From the NCBI GenBank assembly GCA_964416765.1, contig CAYQEU010000001.1:407253-471252 (forward strand): DNA of 64,000 nucleotides, written 5' to 3'. The translations under genes and the position numbers were made by a program. This DNA is from an uncultured Candidatus Saccharibacteria bacterium. Its GTDB lineage: Bacteria > Patescibacteriota > Doudnabacteria > UBA920. Shown one piece after another: positions 22,035-33,885 of the stretch; position 1 is the stretch's first letter; each line of letters starts with the position of its first letter. Under the pieces are notes generated by a model. That model saw only the letters and a list, made by a program, of their open reading frames with translations. It searched no databases and was not told the DNA's origin.

Positions 22035-22474
22035 TGAAAGTTGTCCTTGATACCAATGTTTTAATAGACGGGTTCCGTGATGACTATTCCTACGAGAAGC
22101 AGATTATCGACGAGATCCGCACGGGCAAGATTGAAGCTTACGCGAACCGCCAAACCATCCAGGAAAACAAATTGATCCTCGGCCGACTGGTGGACAATTC
22201 GGATTACGAAAGGGAACTGAACGATTTTTTTAGCCAAATCACTTTGGTCGTTAACCGGCACCAAATCCACGTTGTCCGCGACCCGGAAGACAACAAAATT
22301 CTGGAAAGCGCGGTGGAGGCTGAAGCGGACTATCTCATCACACGGGATAACGACCTGCTCGAACTCAAAAAATATAAAGAAGTAGAAATTTTAAGCCCAC
22401 AGGCTTTCTGGGTCCGCTACAAAGACGAAGGCAACGACCTTTGGCAGGCATGGGCGAATTTTATAAAGTCATAA
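22034..22474 (+). CDS. PIN-domain protein (PIN_3-like)
   Basis: VVLDTNVLI, RDPEDNKILESA..ADYLITRD.DLL. Confidence 0.88.
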   Translation: MKVVLDTNVLIDGFRDDYSYEKQIIDEIRTGKIEAYANRQTIQENKLILGRLVDNSDYERELNDFFSQITLVVNRHQIHVVRDPEDNKILESAVEAEADYLITRDNDLLELKKYKEVEILSPQAFWVRYKDEGNDLWQAWANFIKS

Positions 22475-25419
22475 TGTCCCAGCTGCTCGAAAACCTAAAC
22501 AAAGAACAGCTCCAAGCCGTCACTCACAATGACGGGCCTTTGTTAATTGTAGCCGGGGCGGGGACAGGTAAAACCACGGTAATTACGCGGCGAATTGCTT
22601 ATCTCATAGAGCAGAAATTGGCCCAGCCCGATGAAATCCTCGCGTTAACATTTACTGAAAAGGCGGCCGGGGAAATGGAGGAGCGCGTAGACCAGCTCCT
22701 TCCCTTGGGCAATTACGACTTGTGGATTTCAACGTTCCACAGCTTCTGCGAGCGGCTCATTAAACAGCACGGACTGGATATAGGGATATCCAACGATTTC
22801 AAGATCCTGGATGACATTAAGCGCTGGATTTTGCTGTTTGAAAATTTTGATAAGTTTAAGCTGGACTACTACAAACCGCTAGGTTCACCCAATAAATTTA
22901 TTGATGCTTTGCTTGACCATTTTAATAAATGCAAAGACGAGCTTATAACACCGGAAGAATACTTAGCGTACGCCGAAAACCTGGCGCTGCAGTCGGGCGC
23001 CGCTGAGCTTCTGCCCAGCAAGGAACAGTCCGAGGAAGCCGTGGAAGCGAGCCGCGCGCGCGAAGTAGCGGAGGCATACCATGTGTACCAAAAATTGCTG
23101 CTCGACAACGAGTACCTTGATTTCGGCGACCTCATCAGCTATGCCATCCGCATGTTTGAACAGCGGCCAAATATTCTCGCCGGTTACCGAAAAAAGTTTA
23201 AGTACGTTCTCATAGATGAATTCCAGGATACCAACTACGCCCAGTATAAGCTAATCAAACTCCTTACTGAAAGACGGGACGGGCAAAGCGCTCCCAACCT
23301 CGTGGTGGTGGGTGACGACGACCAGTCGATTTATAAGTTCCGCGGAGCCAGCGTGTCCAACATCATGAACCTGAAGAAGGACTTTCCGGGGACGGCCGAA
23401 ATAACCCTGACGCAAAATTACCGCAGCAGCCAGGAGATTTTGGATTTGGCATACAACTTCATCCAGGCCAATAACCCTAACCGTTTGGAAACAGAACTCG
23501 GCATCGACAAGCACCTTCACGCCAACACAAAAAACAAGGCGGTCATAGAAGTGCTGGAAGGCAAAGACCTCAGCGAAGAATTAGATATGGTAGTCAAAAA
23601 GGTTTTGCAGCTTAAAACCAGCCAAAAAAAATCCACCTGGAATGATTTTGCCATTCTCATCCGGGCCAACTCGGCGGCGGAAGAAATTTTGCCGCGCCTG
23701 GACAGTGCCGGCATTCCCTACAATTTTGTGGCGAACCGGGGCCTTTACCGCAAACGCTTAATCGCTGATTTGATTAATTACCTAATGCTTCTTGATAATC
23801 ACCATGAATCGGCCAGCCTTTACCGGATCCTGAATTTCCCTAAGTTTCAGGTCAATCACGAAGACCTGGCTCATTTAACGCAGTATTCCAACAAGCATAC
23901 CTTGTCGCTTTACCAGACATTGGGAACCGCTGAGGCGCTCGCGGAAGTGAGCAGCACGACCAGGAAAAAGGTAGAAGAACTTTTGGCTCTCATAGAAAAG
24001 CACAGCAAGCTTAGCCCCGAAGTGTCAGCCGTGGAATTATTCGTGCGCATAGTCGAAGATCTGGGCATTGTTCAAATGGTCGAGGAAGACACACTCGAAA
24101 ACGCGGAGCGGCGTGAGCATTTGGAACAGTTCTATAAAAGAATAGAAGCATACACCCAGGAGAATGCCAACCATACTTTGCGAGGATTCATAAATTACCT
24201 GAACCTTGAACTAAAAGCAGGGGAGGAAGGCCCTATAAAATTTGACCCCAATTCTGGACCCGAATCCCTTAAGATAATGACGATCCATGCCGCCAAAGGC
24301 CTGGAGTTTGAAAATGTTTTCCTGGTGAACCTTGTAGATCAGCGTTTTCCCACCCGAAGCAAGCGCGATACCATAGAAGTGCCGGAACCGCTCATCAAGG
24401 ACATTTTGCCGGAAGGTGATTTCCATATGCAGGAAGAGCGCCGGTTGTTTTACGTTGCCATAACACGCGCGAAAACAAATTTGTTCCTCAGCTGGGGCCG
24501 CGATTACGGCGGCTCAAAATTAAAGAAGCCTTCGGTCTTTCTCCAGGAAACCAACCTGGTCCCCAGTGAAAAAGTTAACACCGCCACGGGCAAGGTAGTA
24601 TTCACTAAGCCGAAAGGCAACCCCAAAAAAGTCGCCTACAAGCAGCTGCCAACCTCTTTCTCCTACAGCGCCATTACCCAATTTTTAAATTGTCCGCTGG
24701 ATTATAAATACCGGTACTATCTAAGGCTGCCTATGCCAGGCGCGCCTCAGCTTTCTTTCGGAGTAACAATGCACGCGACCTTCCAGAAATTTATGGAGCA
24801 GTACCTTGCGGCCGCGCAGTCCCCCCAGCAAGACCTGTTTTCCGGCGAAGCAAAGCTGGCCCTCCCCACTATGGATACCCTTGAGTCGCTTTACTCACTC
24901 TGCTGGGTGGATGAATGGTATGAAAACCCAGCCCAAAAGGAACTATTCCGAAAAAAGGGACGCGACTTCCTAAAAATATTCTACGACCAAACCACTAAGA
25001 CAAAGCCGCAGCCCAAATATATAGAGAAGTTTTTTCAAATGAAGTTAAAAGACGGGAAAGACGAATTTTCCTTTGTTGGCAAAATTGACCGGGCCGATGA
25101 AGGCAAGGCTGGGCTCGACATCATAGATTACAAAACCGGCAAGGTCCCATCGAAAAAGGGAAATATAGACCAATTGCGGGTTTACCAATGGGCGGCCGAG
25201 GAATATTTCCAGGAAAAAGTAGAGTCATTATGCTATTGGTACCTCGACGGTAATGAAACTATTTCGGTTCCTTTGGGCACTCCTGAAGAGATCAACAAAC
25301 TAAAAAGTTCCATGCTTGAAACAATCAAGGAAATTCGACACGCCATCAAGTATGACCTCTTCGCCGACCTTCATAAAAAGACCAAACAGCACCAGTGCAA
25401 TTTTGCTGATACGCTTTAA
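22474..25419 (+). CDS. UvrD/PcrA-family helicase fused to a C-terminal PD-(D/E)XK nuclease
   Basis: AGAGTGKT, DEFQDTN, VGDDDQSIY, TIHAAKGLEF, EERRLFYVAITRA; C-terminal GKIDRAD..IIDYKTG; start ATG 22474. Confidence 0.93.
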   Translation: MSQLLENLNKEQLQAVTHNDGPLLIVAGAGTGKTTVITRRIAYLIEQKLAQPDEILALTFTEKAAGEMEERVDQLLPLGNYDLWISTFHSFCERLIKQHGLDIGISNDFKILDDIKRWILLFENFDKFKLDYYKPLGSPNKFIDALLDHFNKCKDELITPEEYLAYAENLALQSGAAELLPSKEQSEEAVEASRAREVAEAYHVYQKLLLDNEYLDFGDLISYAIRMFEQRPNILAGYRKKFKYVLIDEFQDTNYAQYKLIKLLTERRDGQSAPNLVVVGDDDQSIYKFRGASVSNIMNLKKDFPGTAEITLTQNYRSSQEILDLAYNFIQANNPNRLETELGIDKHLHANTKNKAVIEVLEGKDLSEELDMVVKKVLQLKTSQKKSTWNDFAILIRANSAAEEILPRLDSAGIPYNFVANRGLYRKRLIADLINYLMLLDNHHESASLYRILNFPKFQVNHEDLAHLTQYSNKHTLSLYQTLGTAEALAEVSSTTRKKVEELLALIEKHSKLSPEVSAVELFVRIVEDLGIVQMVEEDTLENAERREHLEQFYKRIEAYTQENANHTLRGFINYLNLELKAGEEGPIKFDPNSGPESLKIMTIHAAKGLEFENVFLVNLVDQRFPTRSKRDTIEVPEPLIKDILPEGDFHMQEERRLFYVAITRAKTNLFLSWGRDYGGSKLKKPSVFLQETNLVPSEKVNTATGKVVFTKPKGNPKKVAYKQLPTSFSYSAITQFLNCPLDYKYRYYLRLPMPGAPQLSFGVTMHATFQKFMEQYLAAAQSPQQDLFSGEAKLALPTMDTLESLYSLCWVDEWYENPAQKELFRKKGRDFLKIFYDQTTKTKPQPKYIEKFFQMKLKDGKDEFSFVGKIDRADEGKAGLDIIDYKTGKVPSKKGNIDQLRVYQWAAEEYFQEKVESLCYWYLDGNETISVPLGTPEEINKLKSSMLETIKEIRHAIKYDLFADLHKKTKQHQCNFADTL

Positions 25420-25455
25420 TCTGTGGTATAATTAACGCGTTAAAACAAAAATTGG

Positions 25456-25824
25456 ATGCCTGAAAAAACCCTACGCTACATACCAACTATTGGCATAAGC
25501 ACAGCTGTCTGCCTAGCATCATTCATATCTATCCTATACCTCTCGGATCCTTTCCAGGATGGCATTGTAGCCCATATTTTCTTCCATCTAAGCCTTTTTT
25601 TGACAATCACCGGCCTAGCGACCATTTTCGGCCTTTTGATACGCCAGCGCTTCAGTAGCGGCCTGTACATCCAAAACCTGTCCGTCAGCTTCCGCCAAGG
25701 GTTGTTCCTAGGTGTACTCCTTATCGGCTCACTACTCCTGCAATCGTACGGCATCCTGTTCTGGTGGGTAGAGCTGGCCTTAATCCTATTCCTTATCTTT
25801 TTTGAATTATTCCTCAACCTCTAA
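25456..25824 (+). CDS. Hypothetical 4-TM membrane protein
   Basis: Four hydrophobic helices with SFRQG motif. Confidence 0.7.
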   Translation: MPEKTLRYIPTIGISTAVCLASFISILYLSDPFQDGIVAHIFFHLSLFLTITGLATIFGLLIRQRFSSGLYIQNLSVSFRQGLFLGVLLIGSLLLQSYGILFWWVELALILFLIFFELFLNL

Positions 25825-25827
25825 CTA

Positions 25828-27279
25828 ATGGCTGAGCCAAACCAAAATACACCAACTTCCGGCAACGAAGAACCAGCTTTCTATAATGTAATGCCTCGCG
25901 GCAAACGCGATGCCCAGGTTTTTTCGACACCGGTAGTTAAGACTTCCAGTTCAACCCTTTCAGATGCCCCGGATTTGACTCCCGACAAGTCAGCTTTTGC
26001 CGTACCCCGGTCGGGTCGTCGCATTGGCATGATTATCGGTTTGGCTATCGCGGTTTTGGTGTTGGTAGCTTTTGGCTATCTCGGCTACCGCTATGCCAAG
26101 CAGCGCCAAAACACCGCGAAGTCTAACAACAACGAGAATGTTGAACCCGCCAACAATTCCAACACCGATCAGCAGATCAGCGGAGTCACGACTCCGCCGG
26201 AATGGCAACAGCGCTATTTCAGTTCCGCTACTTGCAGCGACATAAACGTGTGCGGAGATACCGCTGACCCTGACCGGGACGGTTTAAATAATCTTGACGA
26301 GTACAATACCAAGACTGACCCGAACAACAACGATAGTGACGGTGATGGTTTAGCCGATGGGGACGAAGCGCACATTTTTGGCGGCAGCCCCCTAACTCAG
26401 CGCACAAACTCCTCAGTTGAATACACTGACGCTGATTTCGCAAAAGGCGGATACGACGTTAACACGAATGAAAAATTTACTGCCGACCGCTTAAGTGAAA
26501 TCAAAACGAAGATCAAAGACAAAGGGTTGCACCAGCCAACTATTAAAACTTTAGGCGCTGATGCGTTAAAGCAATATGACTTTACCGATGTCTCGGCAAC
26601 CAACGACAACTCCGACAGCTCAAGCATAGACAGCTCAATTGACCAGTCCCCATCAGCGAAATTGGCGCGGGATACTCGCCGTGCCGATACCATCAAAAAA
26701 GTTGGGGGCGCATTGCTTAAATACAAAGATGCCAACCACGGAACTTTCCCGGACGCGACTGATTTCCCAAGTATGGTCCAAAAAATTAAGCCATATCTTT
26801 CGGTTGCCACCAACTTTGACGACCCCATTAACAAGGACAAGTATGTCTATGGTTACGTCAGCACGAACAGCAACCAGGATTTCACGTTGATGTACTACAG
26901 CGAAACCCAAAACCTGCTCATCAAGTATACCGCTCAGCAGGCCCAGCTTGACCAGGTAAAGGACAACGCCAGCGCCAACGACAACATCCGCCTCCACGAT
27001 ATTCAAAACATAGCTACGGCCCTGGGAATTTACTCTGACGCCCACACTTCCGCGAATGGAACCAATGAAAAAGTTTTCCCTCCGCAGGACAGCTGGAAAC
27101 AAGAATTGATTAACGGCCACTTCATCAGCCAAATTCCAACCGACCCTCGGACCGGCCAGGACTATGACTACCAGGTGGGCGACCACTTTGACACATTCAC
27201 GCTTAAAGCCACTTACGACAATCCGCCCCGAGGACAAACAGGCTACATGTGCAACCAGATCGAGTGTAAGAATTACTAG
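25828..27279 (+). CDS. Membrane-anchored surface protein with Ca-binding DxDxDG repeats and two pseudopilin-like modules
   Basis: TM; DPDRDGLNNLDE..TDPNNNDSDGDGLADGDE; RDTRRADTIKKVGGALLKY and NDNIRLHDIQNIATALGIY...IPTDP. Confidence 0.6.
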   Translation: MAEPNQNTPTSGNEEPAFYNVMPRGKRDAQVFSTPVVKTSSSTLSDAPDLTPDKSAFAVPRSGRRIGMIIGLAIAVLVLVAFGYLGYRYAKQRQNTAKSNNNENVEPANNSNTDQQISGVTTPPEWQQRYFSSATCSDINVCGDTADPDRDGLNNLDEYNTKTDPNNNDSDGDGLADGDEAHIFGGSPLTQRTNSSVEYTDADFAKGGYDVNTNEKFTADRLSEIKTKIKDKGLHQPTIKTLGADALKQYDFTDVSATNDNSDSSSIDSSIDQSPSAKLARDTRRADTIKKVGGALLKYKDANHGTFPDATDFPSMVQKIKPYLSVATNFDDPINKDKYVYGYVSTNSNQDFTLMYYSETQNLLIKYTAQQAQLDQVKDNASANDNIRLHDIQNIATALGIYSDAHTSANGTNEKVFPPQDSWKQELINGHFISQIPTDPRTGQDYDYQVGDHFDTFTLKATYDNPPRGQTGYMCNQIECKNY

Positions 27280-27281
27280 AC

Positions 27282-27740
27282 ATGATGAACTTCCTAAAAA
27301 AGTTGTTTGGTTCCGGCACACTGGCTGGGACCGCTTCCGCCACTCCTGAACCGCCAATCAGCCAAACCCAGCAGGGTTCCGGCAAAATCATCGCGGCTAA
27401 AGCCGTTAAAGTTGAAAAGCACCCTAACGCCGACCGCCTTAGGGTTATTACCCTTGATGCCGGCAGTTTCGGCACCATTGAACCGGTTGTATGCGGCGCT
27501 TTTAACTTTGACGTGGGGGACATGGTAGTACTGGCCCTCCCAGGAGCGCAAATTGCCCACAATATCCACTCGGAAGAACATGAACCCTTTACGCTGGGCA
27601 AGGCCAAGATCCGGGGCATAGAAAGCCACGGAATGATCTGCGCGGCATTTGAGGTTGGAGCTTCCCCCGAAGTAGGCGACAAACCCGAAATCATGGTCTT
27701 GCCCCCAAACACCGTACCTGGTACAATTCTACCTTACTAA
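27282..27740 (+). CDS. Stand-alone tRNA-binding OB domain (PheT B2-like)
   Basis: KHPNADRL, VVCGA.N, LALPGA, KIRGIES.GMIC. Confidence 0.85.
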   Translation: MMNFLKKLFGSGTLAGTASATPEPPISQTQQGSGKIIAAKAVKVEKHPNADRLRVITLDAGSFGTIEPVVCGAFNFDVGDMVVLALPGAQIAHNIHSEEHEPFTLGKAKIRGIESHGMICAAFEVGASPEVGDKPEIMVLPPNTVPGTILPY

Positions 27741-27750
27741 CAAGACCCAT

Positions 27751-28887
27751 ATGGAAATTGATATTGACCTCAGCCAGGAGCAAGAGCTCCTAAAACATTT
27801 AGCTACCCGAACCGACGCCGAAGCGCGCCGTATTGAACGTTACCTAAACATGCCGGACCTCTCCCGGACGGCTGGCAACCCGTTGAATGAAATAGTAAAG
27901 CGGGTTATTGCCCAGCCGGCTTTTAAGGGCTTTGACATCATCAAGGTTCCGGAGATTGTCCCGACTGACATAACCTTTGATCTGTTTGATTTCGCCGCGG
28001 ACCATCCCGCCCGCTCCAAGAGCGATACCTATTATGTAGACGAAACCAATATTCTCCGGACTCACACCACAGTGATGTGGCACTACTACTTAAATGACCC
28101 CGATGTTAAGCGCCGCATGGAAGCAGGGGAGCCGGTCGGCTGTTTCTGCTTTGGCAAGGTTTACCGCAAAGACGAAATCGACCGCAACCACATGAACGTG
28201 TTCCACCAAATGGACGCTTGGTACTTGGCCCCTAAAGGCGATGCTAACTTGACTATTGACCACCTTAAGGAAGCCTTATTGCAATTCGCGCAGGCTGTAT
28301 TCGGTAAAGACGTGGAAGTAAGATTCAACCCCGATACTTTCCCTTACACGGACCCTTCCCTGGAAATGGAAGTAAAAAAAGGCGACCAATGGCTTGAAGT
28401 CGTGGGCGCTGGCATGGTTAAAGACACCGTACTCCAAAAACTTGGTATTGATTCCGATAAGTGGCACGGTTGGGCCTTCGGCCCCGGTCTCGAGCGTTTT
28501 GCCATGATCTCCATGGAATTGCCTGATATCCGTTTGCTTTGGAGTGACGATGAGCGCGTTAAGAAACAGATGCAACTGGGCCACAAGTTTGTGGAAGTTA
28601 GCAAATACCCGCCGATTATCCGCGACATCTCTTTCATTGTAAAAAAGGATTTTATTCCAAACGACTACTTTGACCTGATCCGTGATATTGGCGGCGACCT
28701 GGTCGAAGAAGTCCAACTCCTCGACAAGTACGAGAATGATGAAAAATTTGGCCCCGATCGTATGAGCTACACCTACCGCATCTTCTACCGCAGTCCGGAC
28801 AAAACCCTCCAGGCTGAAGAAATTGATCCACTCCAGGACCAGGTTTACAAGCAAACCGCTGAAATTTACCAGGCTGAACTGCGCTAA
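27751..28887 (+). CDS. pheS: Phenylalanine-tRNA ligase, catalytic domain fused to FDX-ACB (mitochondrial-type architecture)
   Basis: HPARS..DTYY, LRTHT, VYR.DEID..H..FHQ, FPYT.PS.E, GWAFG.GLER; C-terminal SKYPPIIRDISF..YRS..KTL. Confidence 0.9.
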   Translation: MEIDIDLSQEQELLKHLATRTDAEARRIERYLNMPDLSRTAGNPLNEIVKRVIAQPAFKGFDIIKVPEIVPTDITFDLFDFAADHPARSKSDTYYVDETNILRTHTTVMWHYYLNDPDVKRRMEAGEPVGCFCFGKVYRKDEIDRNHMNVFHQMDAWYLAPKGDANLTIDHLKEALLQFAQAVFGKDVEVRFNPDTFPYTDPSLEMEVKKGDQWLEVVGAGMVKDTVLQKLGIDSDKWHGWAFGPGLERFAMISMELPDIRLLWSDDERVKKQMQLGHKFVEVSKYPPIIRDISFIVKKDFIPNDYFDLIRDIGGDLVEEVQLLDKYENDEKFGPDRMSYTYRIFYRSPDKTLQAEEIDPLQDQVYKQTAEIYQAELR

Positions 28888-29024
28888 TTTTTGTAACAAA
28901 AAGTAGTCTTCAAAATGTGTCTAAATCCCTCTTACTTTAGAGGGATTTTCTTTATAAAAACGCTCGAAAAATCACCTAAAAAATGCTATAATTAAGAGGT
29001 AAAAATAACGCAAAAATCTAGTAA

Positions 29025-31130
<2,106 letters not shown>

Positions 31131-31214
31131 ATCTATGCAAATAAAAAGGGCGCGCTTTGATATACAAAGTGCGTCCTTTTTACGTGAGGAATACATTCGT
31201 TGTTTAGCGTTTTG

Positions 31215-32078
31215 CTACGCGCCTTCCTTGGTCGGTTGGTAGCGGGCGAAGTTCTGCCGCTGTCCGAGCAAGGTGTTAACCTTGAAGATGATGGCTTTCC
31301 CGGTGTCGTCCATGGGGATGTCCGGTATTTCCAAATCACTTTTGGGGTTAACGGCGGGCTTCAGTACGCCCTGCTTTTCCAACTCGCCGACATGAGCGAA
31401 CAATTCGTCGAAAGTCTCGAACAAATTCACTAGGAACTTGTCGGGGCTTTTTAGCGGATAAAGCGCGACGAGGTTGTCGGTTGGAACGAGATAGCCGTAA
31501 GTCTGCTTGTCCGGCTTGCCGTTCATGCGGATGCCGTAGACCCGCTCATATTCCGTGGCACATTCGGGACCGTGCCAAACTTTGATAGTTACGAGGGAAG
31601 AGTCGAGGACGGAGTTCTGGTAAACCACATCATCGGTCTTGCCGTCGCCGTCGTGGTCGCTGGCTCGGAAAATCTCACCCACGCTTTCGCGGTTCTTGTT
31701 CTGGACGTAATACTCGATGGCGTGGAATTTTCCATCCGCGTAATCGAGAGCGACAATGGAAGCGGTCAAATTGCCGTCAACCTTAGGTGCCGGAATGGCA
31801 ACCGGTTTGGGCTTGGCGGAAGGACGGGGCGATGGTGCCTGTCTGACCGGCTTGTCATTGGGGACTATTAGCGACAGGTTGTACTGCGGAGGACCCGCAG
31901 GTTCTGCGCTAGGGGCGGGGGATGGCTGCACCGGAGCCGGAGAAGGAGAGGCTTTAGAAACCTCGACCTGTACCGAAGTCGGTGCCGAATTGGTTGAATC
32001 AGACGATGCCGTCTGACTATTACGAGAGCAGCCTAAAAAGGCCGCCACAGCTAAAAGCAACAGTATTCTGAATTTCAT
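31215..32078 (-). CDS. Putative lipoprotein with Pro/Ser-rich linker
   Basis: Lipobox FLGC, low-complexity linker, DHDGDGKTD motif. Confidence 0.6.
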   Translation of the reverse strand: MKFRILLLLAVAAFLGCSRNSQTASSDSTNSAPTSVQVEVSKASPSPAPVQPSPAPSAEPAGPPQYNLSLIVPNDKPVRQAPSPRPSAKPKPVAIPAPKVDGNLTASIVALDYADGKFHAIEYYVQNKNRESVGEIFRASDHDGDGKTDDVVYQNSVLDSSLVTIKVWHGPECATEYERVYGIRMNGKPDKQTYGYLVPTDNLVALYPLKSPDKFLVNLFETFDELFAHVGELEKQGVLKPAVNPKSDLEIPDIPMDDTGKAIIFKVNTLLGQRQNFARYQPTKEGA

Positions 32079-32258
32079 TCAATTTCCTCGCGTTCAAAGA
32101 TTCTCACGCCCGGGGCGTGATTTCCATAATTATTCCGATATTGGCCCCAAAAGTCAATGGGCAAGCAACTTGCGGGTCACCTCAATATATGCAAGAATAG
32201 CGTGGCTTGCCCTTTAATAGGGTACTGCTATTCCAAGAACGGAGGCTCCAGGCTAACT

Positions 32259-32438
32259 ATGCTTTGGACAATAATCATACTACTGTTGGTTCTTTGGTTA
32301 CTCGGCTTTGTCGGCGGCATTGGCGCGGCGGCACTAGGAAACTTCGTCCACCTCTTTATCGCGGCGGCGGTTATCCTCCTTGTCGTCAAGTTCGCGACCG
32401 GCAGCGGCGGCAATCGCAACACCGGTCTCGGTCTGTAG
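32259..32438 (+). CDS. lmo0937/DUF5670-like small membrane protein
   Basis: MLWTIIILLLVLWLLGF..G.FVHL pattern; GGAGG upstream. Confidence 0.75.
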   Translation: MLWTIIILLLVLWLLGFVGGIGAAALGNFVHLFIAAAVILLVVKFATGSGGNRNTGLGL

Positions 32439-32634
32439 AAGACAACCGGGCGGGCGCCCTCACAACCAACTTTTGCATTACCAGGATACCAGAAAGAGAA
32501 GGAGGCTCTTTCTGGTATTTTATTTGACTTAGCACAAAATAATGCGGTATAATTAATGCAAAGCCCCAGAAGGGGTTTTAAAAAAGCCTTAAATTTTATC
32601 AAAAACAGGCTTATTTAAAAGGAAAATAAGAAAC

Positions 32635-32820
32635 ATGTCCTCAATTTTCAATTTCTTTCGTGAAGTAAAAGCTGAACTTTTTAAGGTAGTTTGGCCTAGC
32701 CGCCGCGATACTATCCGTTACACAGTAACCGTTATCATCTTTAGTATCGGCGTAGCGCTTATTCTGGGCGCGGCTGACTTTGGCCTGCTCAAGGCTTTCG
32801 AAGCCATTTTAAACAAGTAA
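32635..32820 (+). CDS. secE: Preprotein translocase SecE
   Basis: FFREVKAEL.KVVWP plus TM; upstream of nusG. Confidence 0.95.
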   Translation: MSSIFNFFREVKAELFKVVWPSRRDTIRYTVTVIIFSIGVALILGAADFGLLKAFEAILNK

Positions 32821-32836
32821 TTCTTCCGCCACCAAC

Positions 32837-33382
32837 ATGAGTAAACAACAAGTTACAGGCCAAAGACATTGGTACGTACTGCACACTTACAGCGGCTACG
32901 AAGATTCCGTTGCCTGGAACCTCAAACAGCGTATCGAAAACATGGGGATGCAGGAGAAGATCTTCGACGCGATTGTGCCGAAAGAGAAAAAGATAAAGAT
33001 CCACAACGGCAAACGTACCACCGTGGAAGAAAAGATTTTCCCTGGCTACGTACTCGTTGAAATGATTGTTACTGATGATTCCTGGTACGTGGTGCGTAAT
33101 ACCCCTAATGTAACCGGGTTCGTCGGAAGCGGAACAATCCCAACCCCAATCTCTGACGAAGAAATCCAGTACCTCCAGAAACGCATGGGTATTGAAGAAC
33201 CGAAGTTTAAAGTTGATTTCCTTCTGAACGACTTGGTGCGCATTACCGATGGTCCATTCAAAGATTACGAAGGCAAGGTTGGCGAAATTGACGAAGCCAA
33301 GGGCAAAGTCAAAGTCATGGTTACCATCTTTGGCCGCGAAACCCCCGTTGAATTAGATTTCTTACAGGTTAAAAAAGTTTAA
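32837..33382 (+). CDS. nusG: Transcription factor NusG
   Basis: WYVLHTYSGYE, FPGYVLVEM, KOW motif, IFGRETPVEL. Confidence 0.98.
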   Translation: MSKQQVTGQRHWYVLHTYSGYEDSVAWNLKQRIENMGMQEKIFDAIVPKEKKIKIHNGKRTTVEEKIFPGYVLVEMIVTDDSWYVVRNTPNVTGFVGSGTIPTPISDEEIQYLQKRMGIEEPKFKVDFLLNDLVRITDGPFKDYEGKVGEIDEAKGKVKVMVTIFGRETPVELDFLQVKKV

Positions 33383-33449
33383 GTTTATTAATTAAAGTAG
33401 TTGGCTTGCGGATACGTCCGCGGTCCCTAAAGAAAGGATTACTACTACA

Positions 33450-33875
33450 ATGGCTAAAAAAGTCAAAGCTATAGTCAAGCTCCAGCTTCCAGCTGGTAAA
33501 GCGACTCCGGCCCCCCCGGTCGGTACCGCCCTCGGGCCCCATGGTTTAAACATCGCGGAATTTACCACGGCGTTTAACTCCCAGACCGCCCAGATGGGTG
33601 ACATGATTATCCCGGTTGAAATGACGATCTTCGAAGACCGTACTTTCACCTTCATTTTGAAGACCCCACCGGCGGCAAACCTGATCATGAAAGCAATCAA
33701 CCTACCGAAGGGTTCCCCGAACCCTTTGACCACTAAGGTTGGCAAAATTTCCGCCGCTCAGATTCGTGAGATCGCGGAAAAGAAAATGCCCGACCTCAAC
33801 GCCACCAGTTTGGAAGGCGCTGAAAAGATCATCCGCGGAACCGCCCGTTCCATGGGTGTCGAAGTAACCGACTAA
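33450..33875 (+). CDS. rplK: 50S ribosomal protein L11
   Basis: [15 protein letters not shown]; GTARSMG. Confidence 0.98.
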   Translation: MAKKVKAIVKLQLPAGKATPAPPVGTALGPHGLNIAEFTTAFNSQTAQMGDMIIPVEMTIFEDRTFTFILKTPPAANLIMKAINLPKGSPNPLTTKVGKISAAQIREIAEKKMPDLNATSLEGAEKIIRGTARSMGVEVTD

Positions 33876-33885
33876 TTATAAACAT

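Noticed and set aside
22034-22474. VapBC toxin-antitoxin pair
   Set aside because: The upstream gene is an NYN protein, not a small antitoxin
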